Positions 10,501-20,163 of a stretch of DNA of 64,000 nt are shown here, piece by piece (position 1 is the stretch's first letter; every line of letters begins with the position of its first letter). Both the position numbers and the translations under genes were made by a program. Source of the stretch: a virus (lineage: Duplodnaviria; Heunggongvirae; Uroviricota; Caudoviricetes); IMG/VR virus record IMGVR_UViG_3300045988_149282, positions 33,636 to 97,635 of that record; one strand, written 5' to 3'. The notes under the pieces were generated by a model. That model was not told the origin of the DNA. It saw only the letters and a program-made list of their open reading frames with translations, and did no database searches.

Positions 10501-11258
10501 TTGGTCAGGCGAACAGATTAATCCCTGAAATAGAAGACTACAGCAAGGTCTTGTCTGAAATGCCGAGAGCGACGAGAATTATCGCTCTCGGTGAGTTCTA
10601 TTTTATCTCCCGAGGTTTCGATCTAATTCGATTTACCGAATACGAGCTTGTTGATTCGGCCTATGAACGCTGTATTGTTGGCGAGTGTCTTGAGTCATGT
10701 GATCCTGATTACCAAGAGCAGGAAGTTAAGCGACTCAAACGTGCTGGTTACACACCTCTTGAGATAGGAGCAGAAATTGAATCCTACAAGTTGCATGTGG
10801 GGCAGCCAGTCCAAACAGTCTTCCGCGTGGCCTACTGCGAGTTTCCAATCAAGGATAAATCTGGAGTAAAAGTCAGCGCCAAGCAGATTAGAGGGGTTTT
10901 TACTCATGCTGATTATATGGGATTAGGCATCGCAAGTTTTGCTTACCTTTATCTCGTAGATAAGTATCAGTACTTGGTTTGCGATACGTTACAGACGGTA
11001 AAAGGCGCAACTCTTTGGGCTGTGAGTATGCGCAAACATGGACTGGTCGAAATTTACGATACGAAGAACGAAAATTTTATAGAGGAATTGGGTGAGGATG
11101 CCTGTGGCGTAAGTGGTTTTATTCCGTGGGATATCGGTAAGTCTGACGGAGGCCAGATGCGAAGACGTGAAGAGTGGGGGACTAATAAAATCAATCTCAC
11201 CCCAGGTGCTTGTACTCATATAGTGAACATTCTGAGTAAACGATCTATGAATCAATAA
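10485..11258 (+). CDS. hypothetical protein (cargo cassette gene 2)
   Basis: 257 aa ORF, translationally coupled to the upstream gene, followed by a strong terminator; no recognisable motif. Confidence 0.45.
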   Translation: MAPSLIGQANRLIPEIEDYSKVLSEMPRATRIIALGEFYFISRGFDLIRFTEYELVDSAYERCIVGECLESCDPDYQEQEVKRLKRAGYTPLEIGAEIESYKLHVGQPVQTVFRVAYCEFPIKDKSGVKVSAKQIRGVFTHADYMGLGIASFAYLYLVDKYQYLVCDTLQTVKGATLWAVSMRKHGLVEIYDTKNENFIEELGEDACGVSGFIPWDIGKSDGGQMRRREEWGTNKINLTPGACTHIVNILSKRSMNQ

Positions 11259-11283
11259 ACCCGCTACGGCGGGTTTTTTGTTA
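11259..11283 (+). terminator. rho-independent terminator
   Basis: cccgctacggcggg hairpin followed by TTTTTTG. Confidence 0.7.
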
Positions 11284-11406
11284 TTAAGCCCACCTATGTA
11301 CCTATCATTAAACCTTTACACCGCAGCCGTAGGCATTTAGGCTATATCACATATAAGAAAACAAGTTGTTTCAGACGATAATTATATACGCAAAGGGAAC
11401 TCTCCA

Positions 11407-12075
11407 ATGACCAAGATCTTTGTGGTTGGCGGCACAAAGGGCGGGCCTGGCAAATCCACCGTTGCCCAGCAAATTGCCGTTTGCCTGAAAGTCAAAAAGA
11501 AGAAGAAGGTTTATATTACCGATATAGATATTCAGCGCACGACAACGAGCTGGTGTGAAGACCGTCGACAGAACGAAGACCTTGAGCTGATTCCTTTTGC
11601 ATACGTTCAGGATGACATCATTAAGCACCTAAAATCGCTTCAGGGTAGAGCTGAGTTTGTAGTGGTAGATGCTGGTGGCTTCGACTCCGAAATTCAGCGA
11701 CAAGCGATGCTGATGGCTGACGTTATCATTATCCCGCTGCGTCCTAAGCGTCGTGATTTGAAATCTTTACGTGACATCGATCCTATTATCGACAATGTTC
11801 GCAATGTAAACGATAAAGTGAAGGTCCGCGCGGTCATGAACCAGTGCCCGGCTTTGCCATCACAAGTGTCTCGCATTCTGGCGGCTAAAGAGATTGTTGA
11901 GACGTTTGGCATCGAGTCTGCGCCAGTCAATCTATATAACCGCAACGTCTATGATGATGCGGAAGAGTCTGGTCGCTCTATCTTTGAAATGACCGGTAGC
12001 GAGCGCGACAAAAAGGCGGAAGCCGAGTTTGAAGAATTTGTAGATTATCTGTTGAGTCTGGAGGAAGAAGAATAA
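11407..12075 (+). CDS. parA: ParA/Soj-family partition ATPase (small, type Ib-like)
   Basis: 222 aa; deviant Walker A GGTKGGPGKST at N-terminus; followed by small partner gene. Confidence 0.7.
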   Translation: MTKIFVVGGTKGGPGKSTVAQQIAVCLKVKKKKKVYITDIDIQRTTTSWCEDRRQNEDLELIPFAYVQDDIIKHLKSLQGRAEFVVVDAGGFDSEIQRQAMLMADVIIIPLRPKRRDLKSLRDIDPIIDNVRNVNDKVKVRAVMNQCPALPSQVSRILAAKEIVETFGIESAPVNLYNRNVYDDAEESGRSIFEMTGSERDKKAEAEFEEFVDYLLSLEEEE

Positions 12076-12434
12076 TGTCCATGAAAATGGGTGACCTAGC
12101 AAAGCGCAAAGAGCCTGATGCACCGGCTAAGAACACAACTCCTTTGCGCCAACCAGTCAGACCACAGGGACGCCCGACTCGTGGCAAAGAGAAAATTAAA
12201 AGCCGCACAATGTCACTGGAGGACGAATACTTCGAACTGCTGGAGATGATGAAGTTCATCCCTCGCTTCGAGAAGTTCACTCGTTCTGACGTGATTCGAG
12301 CAGCCATTTTCCATCTGGCAGAGAAGTCACCGCAGGAAATCGAGGACATCGTGAAATTGAATGAGGCGATCACCGCTGCCGATGTCACGATGCGTACCGA
12401 TGAAATCAAACGAGAGTTGATGAAGAAAGGTTAA
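12075..12434 (+). CDS. small partition DNA-binding protein (ParB/ParG-like partner of ParA)
   Basis: 119 aa, basic N-terminus, start overlaps parA stop (ATGA-type coupling); assignment from operon position. Confidence 0.4.
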   Translation: MSMKMGDLAKRKEPDAPAKNTTPLRQPVRPQGRPTRGKEKIKSRTMSLEDEYFELLEMMKFIPRFEKFTRSDVIRAAIFHLAEKSPQEIEDIVKLNEAITAADVTMRTDEIKRELMKKG

Positions 12435-12486
12435 AAATCATGCATTGGCGCGTACATTGCGCCAATGCATAACTACAGTGTCAGCT

Positions 12487-13254
12487 TTATGCCGCGCTAA
12501 CACTATGTTCAGTCCTAACCACCCCAACCTTCACAAAAGGGCTACCGTAGCTTGGTGGCTTCTTGATTAATTTGCCTACATACAGTTTTCTAATATGCTC
12601 ATCGGCTATTCTGCCAACAAATTCATAACGTTTTGTGTCGGGGCCAAGAGCTATATCCCTTGTAAAGTACTGCTGAGAACCGGCTTTGACCCAGCATTCA
12701 ATCTGATAAACTTCCATTATCAGCCCACCATATGTAGCGTAGGCATATTTGAGATTCTCGTCTCTTGGAACCTTTGCCCATACGCCACGCGTAGCTTCAT
12801 ATAATGCCAGAGCGGACATTCCTGACTTGTAGGTGCTGTTTAGCAGGAAGGCAAGACCGGCGTGCTCAGGAGCAATTTCAGTTTCCTCTTGCAGCACTAA
12901 GTGATGGTAGGCGTCCAGTGATATTCTGCCCATCATGGAACCACTTCCTCGTACCTTATTCGTAAGCTCTCCGACCCCCATAAGGTCGATGCATGTCGCC
13001 TCAACAAGTTTGGCTGTGGTTTCATCCATACCATGACGAAGTATATCTATGCCTAATTTTTTATTAGCCAAAAGTTCTTTGATCCGCATGGATTTGGGAG
13101 AGTCATCGGGATACTTGATGTGATCGAGACAACGAGTCGATTTGCCTTTTCCTATGTAAAACGGTCTTTTCATCTTGTCTTCTGTATCATAGAGACAGTA
13201 AACATAGTATTTAGCCTTATCCAATGATCTCGCGTATACCGATAAATCGTCCAT
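12487..13254 (-). CDS. GIY-YIG nuclease-domain protein (free-standing; homing-endonuclease-like or defence nuclease)
   Basis: 255 aa; N-terminal YVYCLYD...PFYIGKGK...R...H matches the GIY-YIG catalytic motif; unrecognised C-terminal domain; only minus-strand gene in this block. Confidence 0.55.
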   Translation of the reverse strand: MDDLSVYARSLDKAKYYVYCLYDTEDKMKRPFYIGKGKSTRCLDHIKYPDDSPKSMRIKELLANKKLGIDILRHGMDETTAKLVEATCIDLMGVGELTNKVRGSGSMMGRISLDAYHHLVLQEETEIAPEHAGLAFLLNSTYKSGMSALALYEATRGVWAKVPRDENLKYAYATYGGLIMEVYQIECWVKAGSQQYFTRDIALGPDTKRYEFVGRIADEHIRKLYVGKLIKKPPSYGSPFVKVGVVRTEHSVSAA

Positions 13255-13364
13255 TATTGCATCTCTTTGCTACTGACTAATGCGTTCTATTTTACACATA
13301 AGTTTTTAATCAATTTAACAGGCTCAAAGTGTAGAGCTTCTGGGCGTCTAAGACGACAAGTTAT

Positions 13365-13420
13365 GCCTGCTTCTGTATATATAAATAATAAGTAACTTAT
13401 TAAATATATACGGAAGCAGG
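13365..13420 (+). terminator. long-stem hairpin, terminator-like (copy A of a duplicated element)
   Basis: 17-bp stem cctgcttctgtatatat / atatatacggaagcagg with AT-rich loop, followed by TCTTTT; near-identical element at 58497-58553. Confidence 0.5.
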
Positions 13421-13527
13421 TCTTTTAAAAGACACCACCAGAACAACTCCCTTCCGTTTCCACTTCCAAAAACTGCCACCAGTCGCTATCATCCGCTCAT
13501 TGTGATAAGTAAGTAACTACCTACCAG

Positions 13528-14277
13528 GTGAGCCACATGAGCCAAATCTTTTTCGATACCATCGACAACGACCAGTACGACTTCATGACAGAGTGGAATA
13601 CCGCTGTTATGGACAAGTGGGTCGCTGAAAACATTGGTTTGTCGCGCTGTAAAGACGAGGCTGAACTCTTCGAGACGAAGTGGTTTGATTACCGCGACAT
13701 GCATCCTCTCATGGCCACCTGTCTTTTTACGGAGGCATACAAACGTCAGTACTCAAATATCATGCTGACGCACGGTCGCGAACACTTTGAAACAGCTCCG
13801 TTCACCACCGGGTTAAAACGCCTGCCTTATCAGGAGTTGTCGACTGCCAATAAAACGTCGCTATGGAAAGCACGCCAGTTTGCGGATCGCTATTGCTGCT
13901 CATACGACTACTTTATCTCCACCGTTCTTTCCGCAGCTGCACGACGGCTGTGGGACAAGCTGCCGCGCCCACAGCATTTATGGCAGCCAGAACTGATTGA
14001 GATATTTGAAGAGAAATTAGCCAGACGCGCAACAACCCGTCTGGATGACTCTCTGGTTAGCTTTAAGCATATGGGAGACATGCAGTTCAACCCGATTCAG
14101 GAAAGCTATTTTGAGTGGATTCTGGAGCGTTTGCGCACCATCCCTCGCAGCAAGCGCATACGCGCAATTTTCTCCGCTATCTGGCTAATGGAAATCGTTC
14201 CAGAGCGCCTTATTTCCGCCCACTTTCCAGAAGAACTGGAAGAAGCACGGCGGTTTATTGATCCCCTATCTAATTAA
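13528..14277 (+). CDS. hypothetical protein (possible replication accessory/helicase loader by position)
   Basis: 249 aa ORF with RBS; directly upstream of DnaB-like helicase; no motif recognised. Confidence 0.4.
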   Translation: MSHMSQIFFDTIDNDQYDFMTEWNTAVMDKWVAENIGLSRCKDEAELFETKWFDYRDMHPLMATCLFTEAYKRQYSNIMLTHGREHFETAPFTTGLKRLPYQELSTANKTSLWKARQFADRYCCSYDYFISTVLSAAARRLWDKLPRPQHLWQPELIEIFEEKLARRATTRLDDSLVSFKHMGDMQFNPIQESYFEWILERLRTIPRSKRIRAIFSAIWLMEIVPERLISAHFPEELEEARRFIDPLSN

Positions 14278-14320
14278 CTAATACTAGAAAACAATTTGTT
14301 TAAAAAACAAAGGAAAGCAC

Positions 14321-15661
14321 ATGACCGAACTTTGCCATACAGGACGCGGGCTGTCCGAAGAGTTTGATGAAGATTTCCAGAACAGACTGACGGCATATTT
14401 TTGTCGTGATCACGAGTTTCTTACTCGTGCGGGAGATCTGGTTGTGCCTAGCCAGTTTGCCAATGCGGCCAATGCCATATTGGTTAATATGGTTTCGGGC
14501 TATTACCGTATGTACAAGAGCGCGCCCTCTTCATCTGCAATTCTGGATATGCTTAAGCGTGCGAAACGCGATAAGACTATCCGTGAGGAACTATTCGCCG
14601 ATGTTGTTGCTGCGTTTAAGCGCATTCTTGCAGAAAAATTGTCCGATACCTCGTACATGGTTGACCAGGTATCAACCTTCGCAAAAAGTGTAGCGTTTGA
14701 TGATGCTCTGATTAAGGCTGCTGAACTGAAAGAGAAAGGCGACTTTCAGGGGGCGATGGCAATCATGGCCAAGGTTCAGCAGATTGGATCGAACGAAGCG
14801 ACCGGAATCTATGACTACTACACCTCCGCAAGTGAGCGATTGAAAGCGCGTGAATATGAGGCTTCAGAGGAGTATGTACCAAACAGTATTACAACTGGAC
14901 TCCCTCTTCTCGATAGGTTGCTGTACCAAAAAGGCTGGGCAAAGCGCGAAATGGTGCTCTTCATGGGGTTCGCTAAATCCGGTAAATCGACCGCAATGGG
15001 TGAGTTTTCCATAAACGCAACGCTTGCTGGCTACAATGTTCTGTATCTCTCGCTGGAGGTTCACACCACCATTTTATCCGACCGTTTTGATGCAAGATTG
15101 TCGGAGACAGAAATGTCCAAGCTGGTGGAACGGCGCGATGAGGTTCATCGTAAGTTGGCAGAGTTGGGAGCCACGAAGGGGATTGGTAGTTTGTGGGTGG
15201 TTGAGCGTCCGTCAGGAAGTATGTCACCGGCAGATCTGGACCGTATGCTTAACAGCATGAAAGCCAACGGCATGGTGCCTGACATGGTTGTTGTCGACTA
15301 CGCAGATTTGATGCGTGCCAGTTATGACCTTCGTGATGATCGCGCCAACATTCGTAGCATCTACACCGATTTACGTGCTCTTTATGACAAGCATAACGTT
15401 GCTGGGATCACGGCATCGCAGACAAACCGTGAAGGTGGCGCGTCAGAAGTTGCCACAATGATGCACGCTGCCGACAACATCGAAAAAGTACGTATTGCTG
15501 ACCTGGTAATAACGATCAACAAAACCGAAGAAGAAGAAGCGAAAGGAGAGGCTCGTCTCTACTTTGCCGGTTCACGTAACCAGCAGGGAGGGATCAGCAT
15601 TCGCGTTAAACAAAACCTCGAACAAATGCGCTTCATTGAGCGAATCTTAGACGTTACCTAA
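14321..15661 (+). CDS. dnaB: DnaB-family replicative DNA helicase
   Basis: 446 aa; Walker A GFAKSGKST, Walker B MVVVDYADLM, SQxNR-like ASQTNREG motif. Confidence 0.7.
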   Translation: MTELCHTGRGLSEEFDEDFQNRLTAYFCRDHEFLTRAGDLVVPSQFANAANAILVNMVSGYYRMYKSAPSSSAILDMLKRAKRDKTIREELFADVVAAFKRILAEKLSDTSYMVDQVSTFAKSVAFDDALIKAAELKEKGDFQGAMAIMAKVQQIGSNEATGIYDYYTSASERLKAREYEASEEYVPNSITTGLPLLDRLLYQKGWAKREMVLFMGFAKSGKSTAMGEFSINATLAGYNVLYLSLEVHTTILSDRFDARLSETEMSKLVERRDEVHRKLAELGATKGIGSLWVVERPSGSMSPADLDRMLNSMKANGMVPDMVVVDYADLMRASYDLRDDRANIRSIYTDLRALYDKHNVAGITASQTNREGGASEVATMMHAADNIEKVRIADLVITINKTEEEEAKGEARLYFAGSRNQQGGISIRVKQNLEQMRFIERILDVT

Positions 15662-15667
15662 AAAATA

Positions 15668-15695
15668 AGCGTGGAGAACACCTCCACGCTTGATT
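15668..15695 (+). terminator. hairpin (possible terminator/attenuator) between helicase and primase
   Basis: agcgtggag aacac ctccacgct stem-loop; weak T tract. Confidence 0.3.
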
Positions 15696-15742
15696 CATTG
15701 GTGAAACAACTTTTCTTTTGCCAAACCACAAAAGAAAAACAC

Positions 15743-16924
15743 ATGAACCTTTATATTATATCAACATTTAGGTTGGTCACAATATTGCCTGTTAAAAGTG
15801 GAATTATCGTGAGCGAGCTGAAAGAGCTAATTACCGAATTAGATTTTGAACAATGGTTGGATACTGAAGGTATCGTTTATCGACGTGGAGGCGTGAGTAC
15901 TCGCGGTCGTGAAGTGAATATCAAGGAGTGTCCGGTATGCGGCAGCTCCAACTGGAAGGTATATTTCAATCTGACCAGTGGCGTCGGTAAATGCTTCGCT
16001 GGTGATCATCCCGAAGAGATTCAGTTCAATAAGCTGGTCTTCCTCAAGCACTACAGCGGCAAATCACGACGACAGTTCGAGGAATATGTGCAGAACGCCC
16101 TTCTTTCCCAGGGGTGGGCACCAAAGAAAGAAGAGCTAGTGCTTGCAAGCACAGTCGAGTTAGAGGAGCCAGTTGCACTCCCTCGTCATTACGAGCTTCC
16201 TATAGATGGCCGTCTTCCAGACTATCTGGTTGAACGAAACATATCGCCTGAAATGGCAAAGTATTTTGACCTACGATACTGCGTCGAAGGCAAGCACGCC
16301 TATGTAGATCCGTATACAGATCAGGTTAAAGGACAGATATTCGATATGCGAATACTGATACCGGTTTACGATCTGGATGGGGTAATGAAGACATTTCAGG
16401 GACGAGACATTACCGGTACAGCAGAACGCCGCTACCTCTTTCCTATGCAACTTCCAGCTTCAGGTAAGTTTCTCTACAACGGCCATAATGCAGTCGGCAA
16501 ACAGACTGTAGTTGTCTGTGAGGGGGCGTTCGATGTTATGGGGGTTAAACGAGCTATTTTTGACGAAGAAACATTACGTGATTACGTGGAACCAATAGGA
16601 ACGTTCGGGATGCATCTATCTGGTAACACCACTCAGGATGCAGAAGATCAGTTAGGCGCGTTCCTGACGCTCAAGGCGCGTGGGTTACGTAATGTGATCA
16701 TGATGTGGGATAGTGAAAAGCAAGCTATACGCAACACGATGGCCGCAGCCAGGCGACTGACCAGTATTGGTCTTAATGTCAAAGTGGCGTGTTTGGGCGA
16801 GGAAGGACTCGACCCGGGCGATGCAACGCCAGAGCAAATCATCAAAGCCTATTATCGGGCAAAACCGTATACCAAACAGTTGGAGTTGCAAAGCAAGGTT
16901 TTGGGCATTAAGGCTCTATCATAA
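15743..16924 (+). CDS. dnaG: DnaG-like DNA primase (zinc-binding domain + TOPRIM)
   Basis: Zn-finger CPVCGSS...KCFAGDH; TOPRIM motifs VVVCEGAFD and MMWDSE; start placed at ATG 15743 because track start 15671 lies inside a hairpin. Confidence 0.65.
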   Translation: MNLYIISTFRLVTILPVKSGIIVSELKELITELDFEQWLDTEGIVYRRGGVSTRGREVNIKECPVCGSSNWKVYFNLTSGVGKCFAGDHPEEIQFNKLVFLKHYSGKSRRQFEEYVQNALLSQGWAPKKEELVLASTVELEEPVALPRHYELPIDGRLPDYLVERNISPEMAKYFDLRYCVEGKHAYVDPYTDQVKGQIFDMRILIPVYDLDGVMKTFQGRDITGTAERRYLFPMQLPASGKFLYNGHNAVGKQTVVVCEGAFDVMGVKRAIFDEETLRDYVEPIGTFGMHLSGNTTQDAEDQLGAFLTLKARGLRNVIMMWDSEKQAIRNTMAAARRLTSIGLNVKVACLGEEGLDPGDATPEQIIKAYYRAKPYTKQLELQSKVLGIKALS

Positions 16925-16999
16925 CAATCACCTTTAAAATAAGTAGATGATTACTTATCTTTCTGTGAGAATACTTTCATCTGTTAGCTAGGAGTTGGT

Positions 17000-17782
17000 A
17001 TGAAAGACGAAATTCAGAAATTAGCCTGCGACATCATTGATAAAACTGGTTTAGAAATCAGCGAGAGCAATCGGCTAGACATCATTGAAAAAGCCGTAAA
17101 AACAGCAATGGATCATATCGCCACTCGTTTGGTCGAGATCCCGCTACCGGGGCTACCTTATCTGAAGGTTAAGTTACACGTATGGGGTGAACCTTCTTGT
17201 GCACGGCGTTCTGCATTAGTTGTTTTTATTAGCAAAGAAAACCCGATCAGTCTTAAAGTGCAGGTTGGGGCATGGATGGATGGCAAAGTGATCTACACAA
17301 ATACCGTTTTTTGTGCGTCAAATGACAGTATTATTGAAGAGGCTATTCAAGAATCACTTCTAACTATGCATAGCTTATTTTTGCTGGAAGACAAGCAAAA
17401 CTACGAAGAGTACTTACGGTCGATAAAAGGTGAGAGAACATTGTCACTTAAAGCCGATTTCGTTACCCCGACAAACCTGTTGGAAGTCTTGCTTAATAAA
17501 GGGGCTAATGATGCCGTAAATGTAATCAGAGAGAGTGAGTATGCGTCTCTTTGCGACATGTGCAAAAGCCAGTTGGATCTGGTGCATATCGTTATTGATG
17601 CTGGGAAGGCATGTGATGGCGTAATGGCGGAGTTTGCTGGGAAGATGGTCAGGATTGCTAACGAATTACCGATGATAGAGCAAGAGGCTAAATCATACGC
17701 CACCAATCATGTCACAGAGCTTCTTGTCCCCTATCGCTTAGAAAGCGATCAGCGCAAGATGATTAGCTGGGGAAGTTGGTAA
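17000..17782 (+). CDS. hypothetical protein
   Basis: 260 aa ORF with RBS; no motif recognised. Confidence 0.4.
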   Translation: MKDEIQKLACDIIDKTGLEISESNRLDIIEKAVKTAMDHIATRLVEIPLPGLPYLKVKLHVWGEPSCARRSALVVFISKENPISLKVQVGAWMDGKVIYTNTVFCASNDSIIEEAIQESLLTMHSLFLLEDKQNYEEYLRSIKGERTLSLKADFVTPTNLLEVLLNKGANDAVNVIRESEYASLCDMCKSQLDLVHIVIDAGKACDGVMAEFAGKMVRIANELPMIEQEAKSYATNHVTELLVPYRLESDQRKMISWGSW

Positions 17783-17837
17783 TCTCTCCGCGCGTCGTTT
17801 TTTACGCAAATAACGATAGGTAAGTACAAGATTATTT

Positions 17838-18320
17838 ATGGCGGTAGTTGTGAAAGCTGATTTGTCAAAAATCCCCTCTATTTCAGGAAATAATGGTTAT
17901 TCACTTCGTTGTGAGGAAGTAAAGATAAACGGTGAGTCGGCATATTGCAGCTACTCCGTTTGCCAGCACACCATTCTTGCCTTCAAAGAAAACCGTCTTC
18001 CTCGAACTTCATTCCAGTCGTGCGCAACCGCTATCAAAGCAGGCAAATGCAAGGCGTTAAAAATGATGGTTGAAGAGATTCGTAAAGGAGAATCTCTGTA
18101 TTTCGAAGATATGACCGCGCTCATTAAGGAGGTTGAAGAACGGAATAAACAAGCCAGAACTTTAAAACGAAAACGTGACAGTGTAACGATTAATAGCATG
18201 GTTAAGAAGAGCGCCACATCACAAACAGCGATCACTGACGTGTATGCGGCGTTGCTTGAAGAAACAACAAAAGAAACACATGAGCAAATCGATCAACATA
18301 TGGAGGCAAAACAACAATGA
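17838..18320 (+). CDS. hypothetical protein
   Basis: 160 aa ORF, Cys-containing N-terminus, basic C-terminus. Confidence 0.35.
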   Translation: MAVVVKADLSKIPSISGNNGYSLRCEEVKINGESAYCSYSVCQHTILAFKENRLPRTSFQSCATAIKAGKCKALKMMVEEIRKGESLYFEDMTALIKEVEERNKQARTLKRKRDSVTINSMVKKSATSQTAITDVYAALLEETTKETHEQIDQHMEAKQQ

Positions 18321-19639
18321 AAAAGTTGATCGCACTTAAGCATAAGCTGGACGAAATGAAAGCTATGGGAACCAATGCAAAAAAAGAGGCATTGGCCAAC
18401 ATGGATGACTTTGAACAAAGCATGGTTTCATTGATGCTCAACCCTTTCATCCGTTTTGGGGTAAAGAAATACAAAGTGGCAAAGCCGCTTAGTGAGTCCG
18501 TCCCAAGTGACGAAAAAGCCATTGATGTACTGAATAAGCTGGCCTCTCGCGAGCTGACGGGGAACGCAGCAATAGCAGCTGTTGAGTCTATCGTGGCGTC
18601 AATGTGCGCCGATGGGCAGGACGTGTTCCGTCGTTTCCTCTTAAAAGACCCGAAAGCAGGTGTTGGGATTAGCCTATGCAACAAGGTTTTTGAAAATCCC
18701 ATTCCGAAATTCGAGGTGCAGCTGGCGTCACCGTATAAAGAAAAAGGCGACAAATACCCCTTCAAGCCAAATCCTAAAGCAAAATGGCCGATGATTGGCA
18801 GTCTTAAGCTCGATGGTTTGCTAGTAATTTGCGAGGTTATTGTTGACGAGGAAGAGGTTAACTTCCTTTCTCGTACTGGTAATCCAATCACGTCTCTCGA
18901 TCACCTAAAGCCAGCAATGCTCGAATTAGGCAAACTTTCAGGCCACAAACACATCTTCTTCGATGGTGAAGGAACAGCCGGTTCATTTAACCAGTCCGTA
19001 TCTGCATTGCGCAAAAAGAACGTGCAGGCAATTGGCGCTATTTATCATGTTTTCGACTTCTTCCTACCGGAATGGCGAGCACAGGCTAAATCCAAAGAGT
19101 ATGCAAAGACAGGTATGAAGCTGAAAGAGCGCCTGGCTATTCTCGTGGCGTTGTTCAAAAACGATCGCAGTGAAGGCTACACACAAGACATTCACCTGCA
19201 TCCGTTCTATATCATCCATAGCCACGAAGACCTCATCGAACGCTTCATGAAACGCCTGGACGATAACGAAGAAGGGGAGATGGGTAAAGATCCGAACTCT
19301 GTTTACGAGTTTAAACGCACCCGCAGCTGGTGGAAGTTAAAAGACGAAGATTCAGAAGATGGTGAAATTATCGATTTTGAGCCGGGCGATCCGGACTCTG
19401 GTTTTGCCAACACGCTTGGAAAAATTGTTATTCGTCTTGAAAACGGCGTCATCGTGCGTGCGAGCGGCATTAAGCATAAATATCTGGACGAGATCTGGAA
19501 CAACAAAGAGAAGTACCGTGGTCGTATTGTTGAGGTTCATTGTCACGAGAAAACACCGGATGGCAGCTTACGCCACCCACGACTGAAATGGCCGCGTTGC
19601 TTACGCGATACAGAAGATCGAATCGGAGATAAAGAATGA
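18317..19639 (+). CDS. lig: ATP-dependent DNA ligase
   Basis: 440 aa; nucleotidyltransferase motifs K-L-D-G (motif I), FFDGEG (motif III), WWKLK (motif V) resembling T7-type ligases. Confidence 0.6.
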   Translation: MKKLIALKHKLDEMKAMGTNAKKEALANMDDFEQSMVSLMLNPFIRFGVKKYKVAKPLSESVPSDEKAIDVLNKLASRELTGNAAIAAVESIVASMCADGQDVFRRFLLKDPKAGVGISLCNKVFENPIPKFEVQLASPYKEKGDKYPFKPNPKAKWPMIGSLKLDGLLVICEVIVDEEEVNFLSRTGNPITSLDHLKPAMLELGKLSGHKHIFFDGEGTAGSFNQSVSALRKKNVQAIGAIYHVFDFFLPEWRAQAKSKEYAKTGMKLKERLAILVALFKNDRSEGYTQDIHLHPFYIIHSHEDLIERFMKRLDDNEEGEMGKDPNSVYEFKRTRSWWKLKDEDSEDGEIIDFEPGDPDSGFANTLGKIVIRLENGVIVRASGIKHKYLDEIWNNKEKYRGRIVEVHCHEKTPDGSLRHPRLKWPRCLRDTEDRIGDKE

Positions 19640-19815
19640 TGCTCGGCTGGATGATTGCATTTTTAGCAGTTGGTTTTTTCATCGGTATTGTGGTGATGTC
19701 CAGTTGCATTAATGACTACATTAAAAACGGTGTTATAGAAAGACGCGGTCGTATTTATCGCATTGTAGAAATAACCAACACCCTGAAGGAGATTAAGGAT
19801 GATCGTATTAAGTAA
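19636..19815 (+). CDS. small membrane protein (paralogue of 20011-20163 product)
   Basis: 59 aa, not in ORF track (below cutoff); N-terminal TM helix then RGRIYRIVEITNT; start overlaps ligase stop. Confidence 0.3.
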   Translation: MMLGWMIAFLAVGFFIGIVVMSSCINDYIKNGVIERRGRIYRIVEITNTLKEIKDDRIK

Positions 19816-20014
19816 ACGGGAGAAGGAAACGCTTCATGAAATCAGTAAGTGGCCGGAGTTCCCTGAGTACTGGAAGCCTAAAACGCGAGCTAAGTTAGAG
19901 CGTTTAGGGTTGGTTGCAAACGTTTCTGAAACGAAGTGTTCGGCCAACTACCAGTTAACTGATAAAGGGAAAGTATTGCTACAGCAATTAGTAGAATCAG
20001 GAGTGTTAAAATGA
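19799..20014 (+). CDS. hypothetical small protein
   Basis: 71 aa ORF, coupled to neighbours. Confidence 0.3.
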   Translation: MIVLSKREKETLHEISKWPEFPEYWKPKTRAKLERLGLVANVSETKCSANYQLTDKGKVLLQQLVESGVLK

Positions 20015-20163
20015 TTCCATACATCTCATTAGCTTTTATGGGTGGCTTCCTTATCGGCTTCGGCATCTGTCGTGATTTAATTAAGCAGGAACTTAAAACC
20101 AAAACACTGTGCATCGGAAAGCGTGTGTATCGGGTAGTTCATGAAACAAAGGTTAAAAAATGA
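20011..20163 (+). CDS. small membrane protein (paralogue of 19636-19815 product)
   Basis: 50 aa; TM helix then KRVYRVVHETKV, mirroring the 19636 protein. Confidence 0.3.
   Translation: MIPYISLAFMGGFLIGFGICRDLIKQELKTKTLCIGKRVYRVVHETKVKK

Noticed and set aside
15671-15742. Upstream extension of the primase ORF (track start 15671)
   Set aside because: The ATG at 15671 lies inside the stem of a hairpin following the helicase gene; the downstream ATG at 15743 has the consensus aaaaacacATG context.
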